This document shows positions 49,430 to 57,955 of a stretch of DNA of 64,000 nucleotides, piece after piece. The notes beneath the pieces were generated by a model. The model did not search any database and was not told the origin of the DNA. It saw nothing but the letters and a program-made list of their open reading frames with translations. How positions within the stretch are numbered: the stretch's first letter is position 1; every line of letters begins with the position of its first letter. Source of the DNA: Sphingobacterium thalpophilum (GTDB lineage: Bacteria > Bacteroidota > Bacteroidia > Chitinophagales > Chitinophagaceae); NCBI GenBank assembly GCA_943325035.2, contig CALPNW020000001.1, positions 920 through 64,919 of the forward strand, given 5' to 3'. The translations under genes and the position numbers were made by a program.

Positions 49430-50896
49430 TTGAACAAGCAAGCCATTAATATCGTTTGGTTTAAAAGAGATCTGCGGTTTACGGATCATGAGCCACTATT
49501 TACAGCACAGCAGCAAGACCTGCCAGTATTGATGCTGTATTGTTTTGAGCCCTCTGTGATGGCCTATGCCGATAGTGATGTACGGCACTGGCGTTTTGTG
49601 TATGAATCACTGCAGGAGATGCAGTTAAAGCTCAAAGAACTCAATGCACAATTGTATATTTTTCACAATGAAGCAGCACTGGTATTGGCTGAATTGCAAA
49701 AAACCTATACCATCAAAAATATCTATTCGCATGCGGAGGTAGGCAATAAAATAACCTATGACAGAGATCTTGCAGTACAGCAATTTTGCAACCAGCATGC
49801 CATTGCATGGAAAGAATACCAGTTAAACGGGGTGATCCGTAAACTAAAATCAAGAAAAAAATGGCAGGAACGCTGGGAACAAAAAATGACCGCGCCGCCT
49901 CAATTGGTCAGCGAAACCGGTTGGAATATTTTACAGCTGGATGATGCGCTGTATACAATTTTAAAAGGGGAAACATTAAGTGAAGCAATCACCACACACG
50001 ATCCGCATTTTCAACAGGGTGGAGAGTATTGGGCCTGGCGCTACTTAGATAATTTTATAAAAGTGCGCTGTGTAAACTACAGCAGGCATATTTCAAAACC
50101 ATTGCTGAGCAGAAAAGGCTGCAGCCGTTTATCCCCTTATCTGGCTTATGGCAATATCAGTATGCGCATGGTTTATCAATATACCAACCAGCACTACAAA
50201 AATTCCAACAACAAAAGGGCCCTGTCTAATTTCATCTCCCGTTTGCACTGGCATTGTCATTTTATGCAAAAGTTTGAAGACGAATGCCGCATGGAATTTG
50301 AACATGTGAATAGTGCTTATAATGAAATCATAAAACCTAAAAACCAGGAATATATTACTGCATGGCAAGAGGGAAAAACCGGAGTGCCCATTGTGGACGC
50401 CTGCATGCGCTGCCTTAAAGCAACGGGTTATATTAATTTCCGGATGAGGGCAATGGTCGTTTCCTTTTTTGTCTTTAATTTATGGCAGGACTGGAGGGAC
50501 CTTCATTTTCTGGCGCGGCAGTTTTTAGATTATGAGTCCGGCATACATTACCCGCAGCTACAGATGCAATCCGGGGTTACGGGAATCAATATCATCAGAA
50601 TTTACAACCCGGTAAAAAATTCCCAGGAGCATGACAGCGAAGGTTTATTTATCAAACAGTGGGTGAAAGAATTAATAAACATTCCTTGCGATCTGATTCA
50701 CGAGCCCTGGAAATTAAGTGCTATCGAACAGCAGTTATACCACTGTATGATCGGCGATGATTACCCTGCACCTATTGTGGATATAGAAGCCTCCCGCAAA
50801 AAAGCCAGTGATATTGTATGGGGTTTTAAGAAAACCGACAAAGTAAAAAAAGAAGGAAAACGAATTCTACAAAAACATACCAGCAACTTAAAGTAG
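49430..50896 (+). CDS. Deoxyribodipyrimidine photolyase/cryptochrome family protein
   Basis: [39 protein letters not shown] and RIYNP motifs; TTG start. Confidence 0.92.
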   Translation: MNKQAINIVWFKRDLRFTDHEPLFTAQQQDLPVLMLYCFEPSVMAYADSDVRHWRFVYESLQEMQLKLKELNAQLYIFHNEAALVLAELQKTYTIKNIYSHAEVGNKITYDRDLAVQQFCNQHAIAWKEYQLNGVIRKLKSRKKWQERWEQKMTAPPQLVSETGWNILQLDDALYTILKGETLSEAITTHDPHFQQGGEYWAWRYLDNFIKVRCVNYSRHISKPLLSRKGCSRLSPYLAYGNISMRMVYQYTNQHYKNSNNKRALSNFISRLHWHCHFMQKFEDECRMEFEHVNSAYNEIIKPKNQEYITAWQEGKTGVPIVDACMRCLKATGYINFRMRAMVVSFFVFNLWQDWRDLHFLARQFLDYESGIHYPQLQMQSGVTGINIIRIYNPVKNSQEHDSEGLFIKQWVKELINIPCDLIHEPWKLSAIEQQLYHCMIGDDYPAPIVDIEASRKKASDIVWGFKKTDKVKKEGKRILQKHTSNLK

Positions 50897-50917
50897 TTGT
50901 GACTGGTTTTGTTTTAA

Positions 50918-50957
50918 AAAATGCCCCCATTAAGTATCTTACTTTTTGGGGGCATTC
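50918..50957. repeat. 40-bp palindromic element, copy 2 (IS3/IS150-end-like; likely bidirectional terminator)
   Basis: AAAATGCCCCCATTAAGTATCTTACTTTTTGGGGGCATTC; ends 2 bp from the NRPS stop codon. Confidence 0.75.
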
Positions 50958-50959
50958 TG

Positions 50960-53900
50960 CTATTCATCAAATAGTCCCATACCATCCAGCAGACCAATTA
51001 ATTTAATAGAATAGGTTTCATCGGTGAGTGGCCATCGCACATTGTGCTTATAAAGCAACAATGTGGTATACTTGTTTTCTACAGGCACTTCCAGCATATT
51101 GCCACTCAGGTCATAATGCAATAAGCCAGAGAGGTGTTCGCTCTTTGTCTGGTCTTTCATCAGTTCCTGAAAATGATCCTGAAAACGTTCATCAGAAACC
51201 AATTCAATATTAAATCCATAATCCTTCATCGCATAAATCACATTGGCCATGTCTAAACGGTAATTATTAAACGCATGCAGCAGGGCAATTTTTTCAGGTG
51301 CTTTTGAAAGTGTAACAACTACCCTGGCAACACAATCAATGGGTGAAATTTCCACCATACTGGCCATCTGACTCAATGGAAACATACCCATTACCTTGTA
51401 AGACTTCAGTGCACTCACAAATGCGTTGCTGCGGAAATTGATCTGAAATTCGCCATCAGAATGACGACCCATTAAATTTCCTACGCGCATGATTTTTGCA
51501 TCCAGGCCTTCACTTACAGCTTGTAACACCAGGCGCTCAGCCTTAAATTTAGTTAGTACATAGAGGTTGTCTATTTTTTGTCCGAGGTATAATCTGGATT
51601 CGTTTAAGCTGATTTTGTTTCCAAAGGTTTTCTTTTCCATGATACCACCAACGCTTACCGTAGACACATGAATCAACCGGGCTTTTTCATCTCTGCAAAA
51701 ATCAATCAGGTTGGCAACGCCTTCTACATTGATCTTATCCAGTTCGTTACCTGCGGCAAAATGCTTAACACTGGCAGCACAGTTATAGACCGTATTAATA
51801 CCAAGTCCTTTGAGGGAATTAAGGGTATCGATATTGGTGATATCCCCGTCAATCGGTATGATCCTGGTTCCCACCAACTCATCATAGGTATCCGAAAAAT
51901 AATACATCAACTGGATCTTCAGCCTTTTCTCCGGGCTAAGTACATCTGTTGCCCTTACCATACAGTAGATTACCCCTTCTTCATTTTCAAGCAATTGCCT
52001 GAGTACGTGTACTCCCAAATAACCGGTTGAACCCGTCAGCAGCACTTTACCCACCTCGTTGTTCTGATAATTATCCCAGAGATCCTGTTCGTTCTCCGAC
52101 AATACTTTATCAATTGACGTATAATCATAAGCAGAGATGTCTTCTATTTCTTCTCCTTCATCCGGATTGGTTGTTTGAGACTCCTGAAGAAATAAAGCAA
52201 TAGCCTGTGGCGTCTTCAGCAAAAACATATTGCCATAATTAATCTGATAACCAAGATTCATGATTTGGATAACCGCTTTCATGGCCGACATAGACGAACC
52301 GCCTATTTCAAAAAAATTATCCAGCACACCAACCTGTTCTATTTTCAAAATACCAGAAAAAATACTGCAGATCTGTTCTTCCAATTCGTTGGAAGGAGCC
52401 AGGTATTCTATCACACGTGTCATATCAGGAAGGGGCAAGGCCTTGCGGTCTACCTTTCCACCAGGGGTAATTGGCAGCGCATCCATTCTGATCAGCGCGG
52501 AAGGAACCATGTATTCCGTAAGTCCGGATTTTAGAAAATCATACAATTGTTTCAGGTCTATAACCGACCCGGATGTTTCCGTAAAATAACCGCAAAGATG
52601 CTGCGCTCCTGCAAATTCCTTCACATCAACCACCGCCGAAGCAACGCCTTCAAATCTGGAGATCATCGTTTCAATCTCACCCAATTCAATTCTGAAACCC
52701 CTTAGTTTAACCTGGGTGTCAATTCTACCCATGTACAGGAGTTCTCCCTGTTCATTCCATTTCACCAGATCGCCGGTACAATAGAGTTTTTCGTTTTCTG
52801 CTGATGTATGGTAAGAATTGGGAAGAAATTTTTCTGCAGTCAGGTCGTCACGCTTCCAGTATCCCTTTGCAATCTGTATACCAGATAAGCACAATTCGCC
52901 CGGCATTCCAACAGGTAATAATTGTCTGTTGGCGTCCATCACGTAAGACCATGAATTGGGAACCGGTTTTCCGATAGGGATATTCTCCGTGTCCTGATCC
53001 TGGTTCACCGCATGGTAGTTAGATGAGATCGTGAATTCCGTAGGCCCGTACCCATTAATGATCCATGTTTTCTGTTTCCGGATAGCCAATAATTTCTCTC
53101 CGCCAAGCATTACAAACCTCAGGGGTAAATCAAATTGATTAAGCAGCTCCATTCCAAACTGGGTGCTGAATACACCTCCGGTGATACCGGAAGCGCCCAG
53201 GTATTTAGAAAAGCCCACCATGTCTTGCCGCAAATCTGATGGCACAATATGCAAGGTTCCGCCAACGGCCAGTGCGGTGAAGAGATCTATTACAGAAGCA
53301 TCAAAACTAAAGCTGGGATGGCAGCAAAGACTATCCTTGTCGTCCAGTAAAAAATCATGTTTGTACCATACAATAAATGCAACAAGGGATTGATGCCTGA
53401 TCATTACCCCCTTGGGTTTTCCGGTTGATCCCGACGTATAGATCATATAGGCCAGGTGCTCCGGTTTCGGATTGGTTAAAGGCTTAAGACCTAAAACAGA
53501 TTCGGGTTTAAACTCATCTACAAACAACACATTGTCTGCTTTGAAATCCCCTTCCTGTTGTTTTTTTCTGAACAAACCGCTTTCCGTAATAAGCACTTTC
53601 GATTCACTGTTTTCAAGCATGTAGATCAACCGGTCATTCGGGTATTCACAGTCCAGAGGAACATAGGCCCCTCCTGCTTTAAATATGGCAATCAAACTCA
53701 CCATGTATTCCTTGCTTCTCGACAGCATCACTGCAACAAAGGAATCGGGTACAACACCCATCTCAACAAGTTGGGCGGCCAATTGATCCGAAAGTCTGTC
53801 CAGTTCAGCAAAAGAAACAGAAGAGTATTGATCCACCACCGCTTTTTTATCCGGGAATCTGGCAGCCTGTTTGCGGAAAATATCCACAAATGTTTCTTCC

Positions 53901-56900
53901 TGGTTATAGGGCAGTATGCTTCCTGCTGAAATCTGAAGAATGTTTTTCCGCTGATCATCGGTTAGCAGGGAAATTTCCGAAGTCATTTTATCCGACCCTT
54001 CAGACATGAAACGGACAACCGCCGTGAACGCCGATACAAACCGGCTAATGTCTAAACGGGAATATTTTGTTCGGTCGTATTCCACATTCAACTGATACCC
54101 GCCCGCAGTGGTTCTTATTTGAATGCCAAAAGGAAATATAGAAGTATCCAATGCCAGCGTTTCCAGCTCTACAGGAAAACCTCCTGCAGTTATTTCAAAA
54201 TCAAATCCACCCTGATAAGCATAACTGATCTGCGGAACGATCCCGAATTTTTCCACCATTCGGGTGAACGGATAATCCTCATGTTCCATAGTAGCAAAAG
54301 ACTGCTCCTGTATGCCTTTTATAAAATCAAGTATCGTTTCTGTTTTGATCTCTGCTACTACGGGAACTGTTTTAACAAACATACCCAGACTGTTCATCAG
54401 CTTATTATCTGCACGACCGCTCGACACCGTGGTAAGGGCCACTTTATTTTCTCTGGAGTACCGGTTAAGGACCTGGCATAAAACCGACAGAAAAAAGTTG
54501 TTTTCTGTAATACCAAATTTCTGACAAAAATCTCCGATAGCACCAACCGGAATAAAGGAATTGAAATCTTTAGAGGTGTTGTCCTCTTCTGTTTTTACCG
54601 AAAGCGGAAATGCCAACATAGAAGTTCCGCCAATCAGGTTTTCAAAATATTTCTCTATCTCATTGCATTTTTCCGATTGCAGCATCTCTTGTTCTTCCAG
54701 TGCCTTATCAAATCCGGTAAATGTTTCAGCACTAATGGGTTGATTGTGAAATGCATTTTCGAGGTCTTCCAGAAAAATAGCCAGAGAGGAACCGTCAAAA
54801 ATAATATGATGAATATCTAAGAGCAGGTAAACAAATTTATTGGTCTGGTGAATTTCAAAACGATAGAGATTTTCCCTGAACAGGTCAAAGGGTTTTACAA
54901 AGGAAGCGCAGGCAGCCTTGATCTCCGCCTCTGCCGTATTGCAAACATCCACTTTGGTTGAAAGACCTTCCCTTCGCATTTGCACAATATTATTCTCCGT
55001 AATGTTGAGCATGGTATGCAGCATGGGGTGCGCTTCTGCTACTGCAATAAGCGCAGATTTAATTTGTTCCACAGAAACGGTATCAGCAAATTTCAGGGAG
55101 AACGCAAGATTGTATTGCAAGGCATCGCGCCTTTTTTCCCAATCATAATAGATCCCCATCTGGGTTTCCGTAAGCGGATAGTAATCCCGCTTGGCATAAG
55201 AAATTCCCTGATCAGCTGCGCTTTCTTTAGAACCTGCTAATACGGCCAAAAGCCTTACGGTCTTGAGCTTCAGGATGTCTTTGGTGGGTATGGAAATCTG
55301 CAGTTTCTTTTCTATCAGAATAGACAGCTTTATTGCAAGTATAGAAGTGAGTCCCAGTAAAAACAGGTCTGTTGTAACTCCAAAATCATTGGTTTTGAGC
55401 AATTCACCCGCAATGGCAAACAGTGTTTTCTCCATCTCCGTTTCAGGTGCAACCGCATCTTCCATGCGTACTTTGGGTACTGGAAGAATTTTCCGGTTTA
55501 CTTTTCCATTGTTGGTCATTGGAAATTTTTCCATTTCAATGAACGCATCCGGAATCATAAATTCTGTAAGACTTGTCCGCAGATATTCCCTGAAAGCGTC
55601 CATGTCTATTGGCTGTTTGGCTATATAGTACCCACAAAGATGTTGTACTCCGCCAAACTCTTTGATATCGGCTACCGCAGCAGCAATTCCTTCAAAACCA
55701 GCCATCTTACTTTCTACTTCTCCCAGTTCTATTCTTAGTCCGCGAAGTTTTACCTGATTGTCTAAGCGGCCAACATATTCAATTTCTCCATCCTGGTTAT
55801 AATAAGCCTGGTCTCCGGAACGATAAAGTTTTTGTCCTCTCCAGTCTACAAATTTCTCCCTGTTCAAATCTTCTCTGCCAAGATACCCCCGGCCTACACC
55901 ATCACCACCAATCACCAACTCTCCCTGAACACCAATTGGAAGCAGGTTCAGGTCTTTGTCCATGATATAATTTTGAACGTTAGCCAGAGAATGACCAATA
56001 ATGGCACTGTCGTAATCTGCCTGAATATCATAGAAAGTAGAAAAGAGTGTACACTCGGTAGGACCGTAAACATTGTACAACTTATAGTTGGGCTTTTTGG
56101 TAGGTATCAGCCTTTCTCCGCCCAAAGACAAGAGCCTCAGGGAATGGTTTTCTATATCTTCTGCAAACTGACGGCCTATCTGCGTGGTCATAAACGCAAT
56201 GGTCAGTTTGTTCTCATTCATATACTTATTCATCCGCATCAGATCCAATCGCATATTGGATGGAATCACATAAACCGAAGCGCCGGTTATAAGAATCGGA
56301 TAGATATCGATCATGTGAGCGTCAAAAGAAAAATTCGCATAAGCAACACTCCTGTCTTCGGGAACCACTTCAAAATCTTTCACATACCACCGGCAAAAGT
56401 TCACGATGTTGTGATGATCCAGAATACAACCTTTGGGCATACCGGTAGAACCAGAAGTATAGAGTATAACAAACATGTCTTTCGGCGCCGGACGGAAAGG
56501 AAGGAGATCTACTGTTATGGCTGTTTCAGAAAGGCCCAACAAGTCCTCAGACCGGATCACCGTTCCCCTGAAATCGGGTAAACCATCTGTTACCCTGCTG
56601 CCTTCGGAGAGAATTATTTGCACTCCCGCATCGTTCACCATAAAAGCCAGCCTGTCCGACGGCATGGTAAAATCAAGTGGCATATAAGCACCGCCTGCTT
56701 TCATAACAGCCATTGGATAAATAACCATGTACTCACTCCTGTCTATCATCACACCAACAATGGTTTCCTTTTTCACACCCGCTGCTACAAGCTTACCCGC
56801 CAGTAAATCAGTGATCTTATCGAGTTCCTGATACGTTAATTTTCGCTCTTCAAAAACAACGGCAATACTATCCGGTGTTTTTGCAACCTGTTCGTTGAAC

Positions 56901-57016
56901 AGGTCAATAAGTGTAAGCGAGCCGTCATGCATCAGGACCTCTCCGCTGGAAATTTTCAAAACATGTGCTTCTTCAGACAAAGACATGGCGGAAACCTGGT
57001 TGTTTTCTGGTTGCAT
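50960..57016 (-). CDS. Two-module NRPS with terminal reductase (A-T-C-A-T-R)
   Basis: Two A domains (YTSGSTG.PKG, FSFD, YGPTE, GEL...G.GY, GR.D.QVKLRG.RIELGE, GKV.RK); T1 LGLTS and T2 IGGSS; C domain HHIIFDG; R domain LLTGSTGYLG with YxxxK. Confidence 0.95.
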   Translation of the reverse strand: MQPENNQVSAMSLSEEAHVLKISSGEVLMHDGSLTLIDLFNEQVAKTPDSIAVVFEERKLTYQELDKITDLLAGKLVAAGVKKETIVGVMIDRSEYMVIYPMAVMKAGGAYMPLDFTMPSDRLAFMVNDAGVQIILSEGSRVTDGLPDFRGTVIRSEDLLGLSETAITVDLLPFRPAPKDMFVILYTSGSTGMPKGCILDHHNIVNFCRWYVKDFEVVPEDRSVAYANFSFDAHMIDIYPILITGASVYVIPSNMRLDLMRMNKYMNENKLTIAFMTTQIGRQFAEDIENHSLRLLSLGGERLIPTKKPNYKLYNVYGPTECTLFSTFYDIQADYDSAIIGHSLANVQNYIMDKDLNLLPIGVQGELVIGGDGVGRGYLGREDLNREKFVDWRGQKLYRSGDQAYYNQDGEIEYVGRLDNQVKLRGLRIELGEVESKMAGFEGIAAAVADIKEFGGVQHLCGYYIAKQPIDMDAFREYLRTSLTEFMIPDAFIEMEKFPMTNNGKVNRKILPVPKVRMEDAVAPETEMEKTLFAIAGELLKTNDFGVTTDLFLLGLTSILAIKLSILIEKKLQISIPTKDILKLKTVRLLAVLAGSKESAADQGISYAKRDYYPLTETQMGIYYDWEKRRDALQYNLAFSLKFADTVSVEQIKSALIAVAEAHPMLHTMLNITENNIVQMRREGLSTKVDVCNTAEAEIKAACASFVKPFDLFRENLYRFEIHQTNKFVYLLLDIHHIIFDGSSLAIFLEDLENAFHNQPISAETFTGFDKALEEQEMLQSEKCNEIEKYFENLIGGTSMLAFPLSVKTEEDNTSKDFNSFIPVGAIGDFCQKFGITENNFFLSVLCQVLNRYSRENKVALTTVSSGRADNKLMNSLGMFVKTVPVVAEIKTETILDFIKGIQEQSFATMEHEDYPFTRMVEKFGIVPQISYAYQGGFDFEITAGGFPVELETLALDTSIFPFGIQIRTTAGGYQLNVEYDRTKYSRLDISRFVSAFTAVVRFMSEGSDKMTSEISLLTDDQRKNILQISAGSILPYNQEETFVDIFRKQAARFPDKKAVVDQYSSVSFAELDRLSDQLAAQLVEMGVVPDSFVAVMLSRSKEYMVSLIAIFKAGGAYVPLDCEYPNDRLIYMLENSESKVLITESGLFRKKQQEGDFKADNVLFVDEFKPESVLGLKPLTNPKPEHLAYMIYTSGSTGKPKGVMIRHQSLVAFIVWYKHDFLLDDKDSLCCHPSFSFDASVIDLFTALAVGGTLHIVPSDLRQDMVGFSKYLGASGITGGVFSTQFGMELLNQFDLPLRFVMLGGEKLLAIRKQKTWIINGYGPTEFTISSNYHAVNQDQDTENIPIGKPVPNSWSYVMDANRQLLPVGMPGELCLSGIQIAKGYWKRDDLTAEKFLPNSYHTSAENEKLYCTGDLVKWNEQGELLYMGRIDTQVKLRGFRIELGEIETMISRFEGVASAVVDVKEFAGAQHLCGYFTETSGSVIDLKQLYDFLKSGLTEYMVPSALIRMDALPITPGGKVDRKALPLPDMTRVIEYLAPSNELEEQICSIFSGILKIEQVGVLDNFFEIGGSSMSAMKAVIQIMNLGYQINYGNMFLLKTPQAIALFLQESQTTNPDEGEEIEDISAYDYTSIDKVLSENEQDLWDNYQNNEVGKVLLTGSTGYLGVHVLRQLLENEEGVIYCMVRATDVLSPEKRLKIQLMYYFSDTYDELVGTRIIPIDGDITNIDTLNSLKGLGINTVYNCAASVKHFAAGNELDKINVEGVANLIDFCRDEKARLIHVSTVSVGGIMEKKTFGNKISLNESRLYLGQKIDNLYVLTKFKAERLVLQAVSEGLDAKIMRVGNLMGRHSDGEFQINFRSNAFVSALKSYKVMGMFPLSQMASMVEISPIDCVARVVVTLSKAPEKIALLHAFNNYRLDMANVIYAMKDYGFNIELVSDERFQDHFQELMKDQTKSEHLSGLLHYDLSGNMLEVPVENKYTTLLLYKHNVRWPLTDETYSIKLIGLLDGMGLFDE

Positions 57017-57043
57017 TTTATTTTAATTTTTTATTTTGATTTT

Positions 57044-57631
57044 CTATTTTACACTAATGATGTATTCAGTATTACCTTCCTGCCACCGGGTTACCTGGCA
57101 GCCTTCCATGGAGATGGCATGCAGGTCTTCTTCCAGACCCACACCGGTACATTTAACCGCACTCTCTTTTTTTGCCCAGATTTCTGTGAGCCTGTAAGCA
57201 TTCTCTGCGGGTAATTCGTTGACCCAATCGTATTGCGGTGCATTACAAATCTGCTTTGCTAAAGACTCTTCATAAGCTTCCACCCGTTCAATATCAATTC
57301 CTACCGGTTTGTTGGAAATGGCACATACGGCTGCTCCCTTACAATGACTGAGATTGAAAAATATATCCGGGTAATTACTAAGTGCAGGCTTTGATCCCGA
57401 AGCGGTTCCAGCATCAGCTGAATCTCCATAGCTGAACTGTGGAAGCGCTGTAAAGAGGCCTTCCTTTTTCAACCCATATACCAGTAACAGATAAGCCACA
57501 GCGCATAGCTTTCTGTCGGAAGAATAACGATACCGCATCATCTGCTCCGTTCTCCACTCCGGAAGAAAACCGGCACAGCAGTCTATAAAACTGTCTGGCA
57601 AATCTTCAGTTCTGGCGAATAGGTATATCAT
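57044..57631 (-). CDS. 4'-phosphopantetheinyl transferase (Sfp type)
   Basis: KP, FNLSH, VGIDIE and W.KKES..K..G.GL motifs. Confidence 0.92.
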   Translation of the reverse strand: MIYLFARTEDLPDSFIDCCAGFLPEWRTEQMMRYRYSSDRKLCAVAYLLLVYGLKKEGLFTALPQFSYGDSADAGTASGSKPALSNYPDIFFNLSHCKGAAVCAISNKPVGIDIERVEAYEESLAKQICNAPQYDWVNELPAENAYRLTEIWAKKESAVKCTGVGLEEDLHAISMEGCQVTRWQEGNTEYIISVK

Positions 57632-57646
57632 GAAATAATTATGGTT

Positions 57647-57949
57647 TTATTCGAACGAAAACAAACTGGTGAAGCCCGTCATGTCAAAAACAGTTTTGAT
57701 GTCTACGTTCAGGTTTCGAATGGTCAGTTGTCCGCTGTTTGCTTTGATGGCTTTTTGCAAAGTCAGAAAAAGGCGGAGCCCTGTGCTGCTGATATATTCA
57801 AATTCAGTACAGTCTAAAATCACCCGGTTCGGATTTCCTTCCGCAATGGGTGCAATGTACTTTTCAAACTCAACTGCTGTAGCGGTATCAAGCCTGCCAG
57901 ACAATTTAGCCAGTATTTCATTTTCTGTTCTTTCAAAGTTGATTTCCAT
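57647..57949 (-). CDS. STAS domain anti-anti-sigma factor (RsbV/SpoIIAA type)
   Basis: GRLDTATA, YISSTGLR (phospho-Ser) and VFDMTGF motifs. Confidence 0.93.
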   Translation of the reverse strand: MEINFERTENEILAKLSGRLDTATAVEFEKYIAPIAEGNPNRVILDCTEFEYISSTGLRLFLTLQKAIKANSGQLTIRNLNVDIKTVFDMTGFTSLFSFE

Positions 57950-57955
57950 ATTTTT

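Noticed and set aside
22252-50957. Composite transposon bounded by the two palindromes
   Set aside because: There is no transposase, the interval holds core-like genes (spt, rmuC), and no target duplication was seen.
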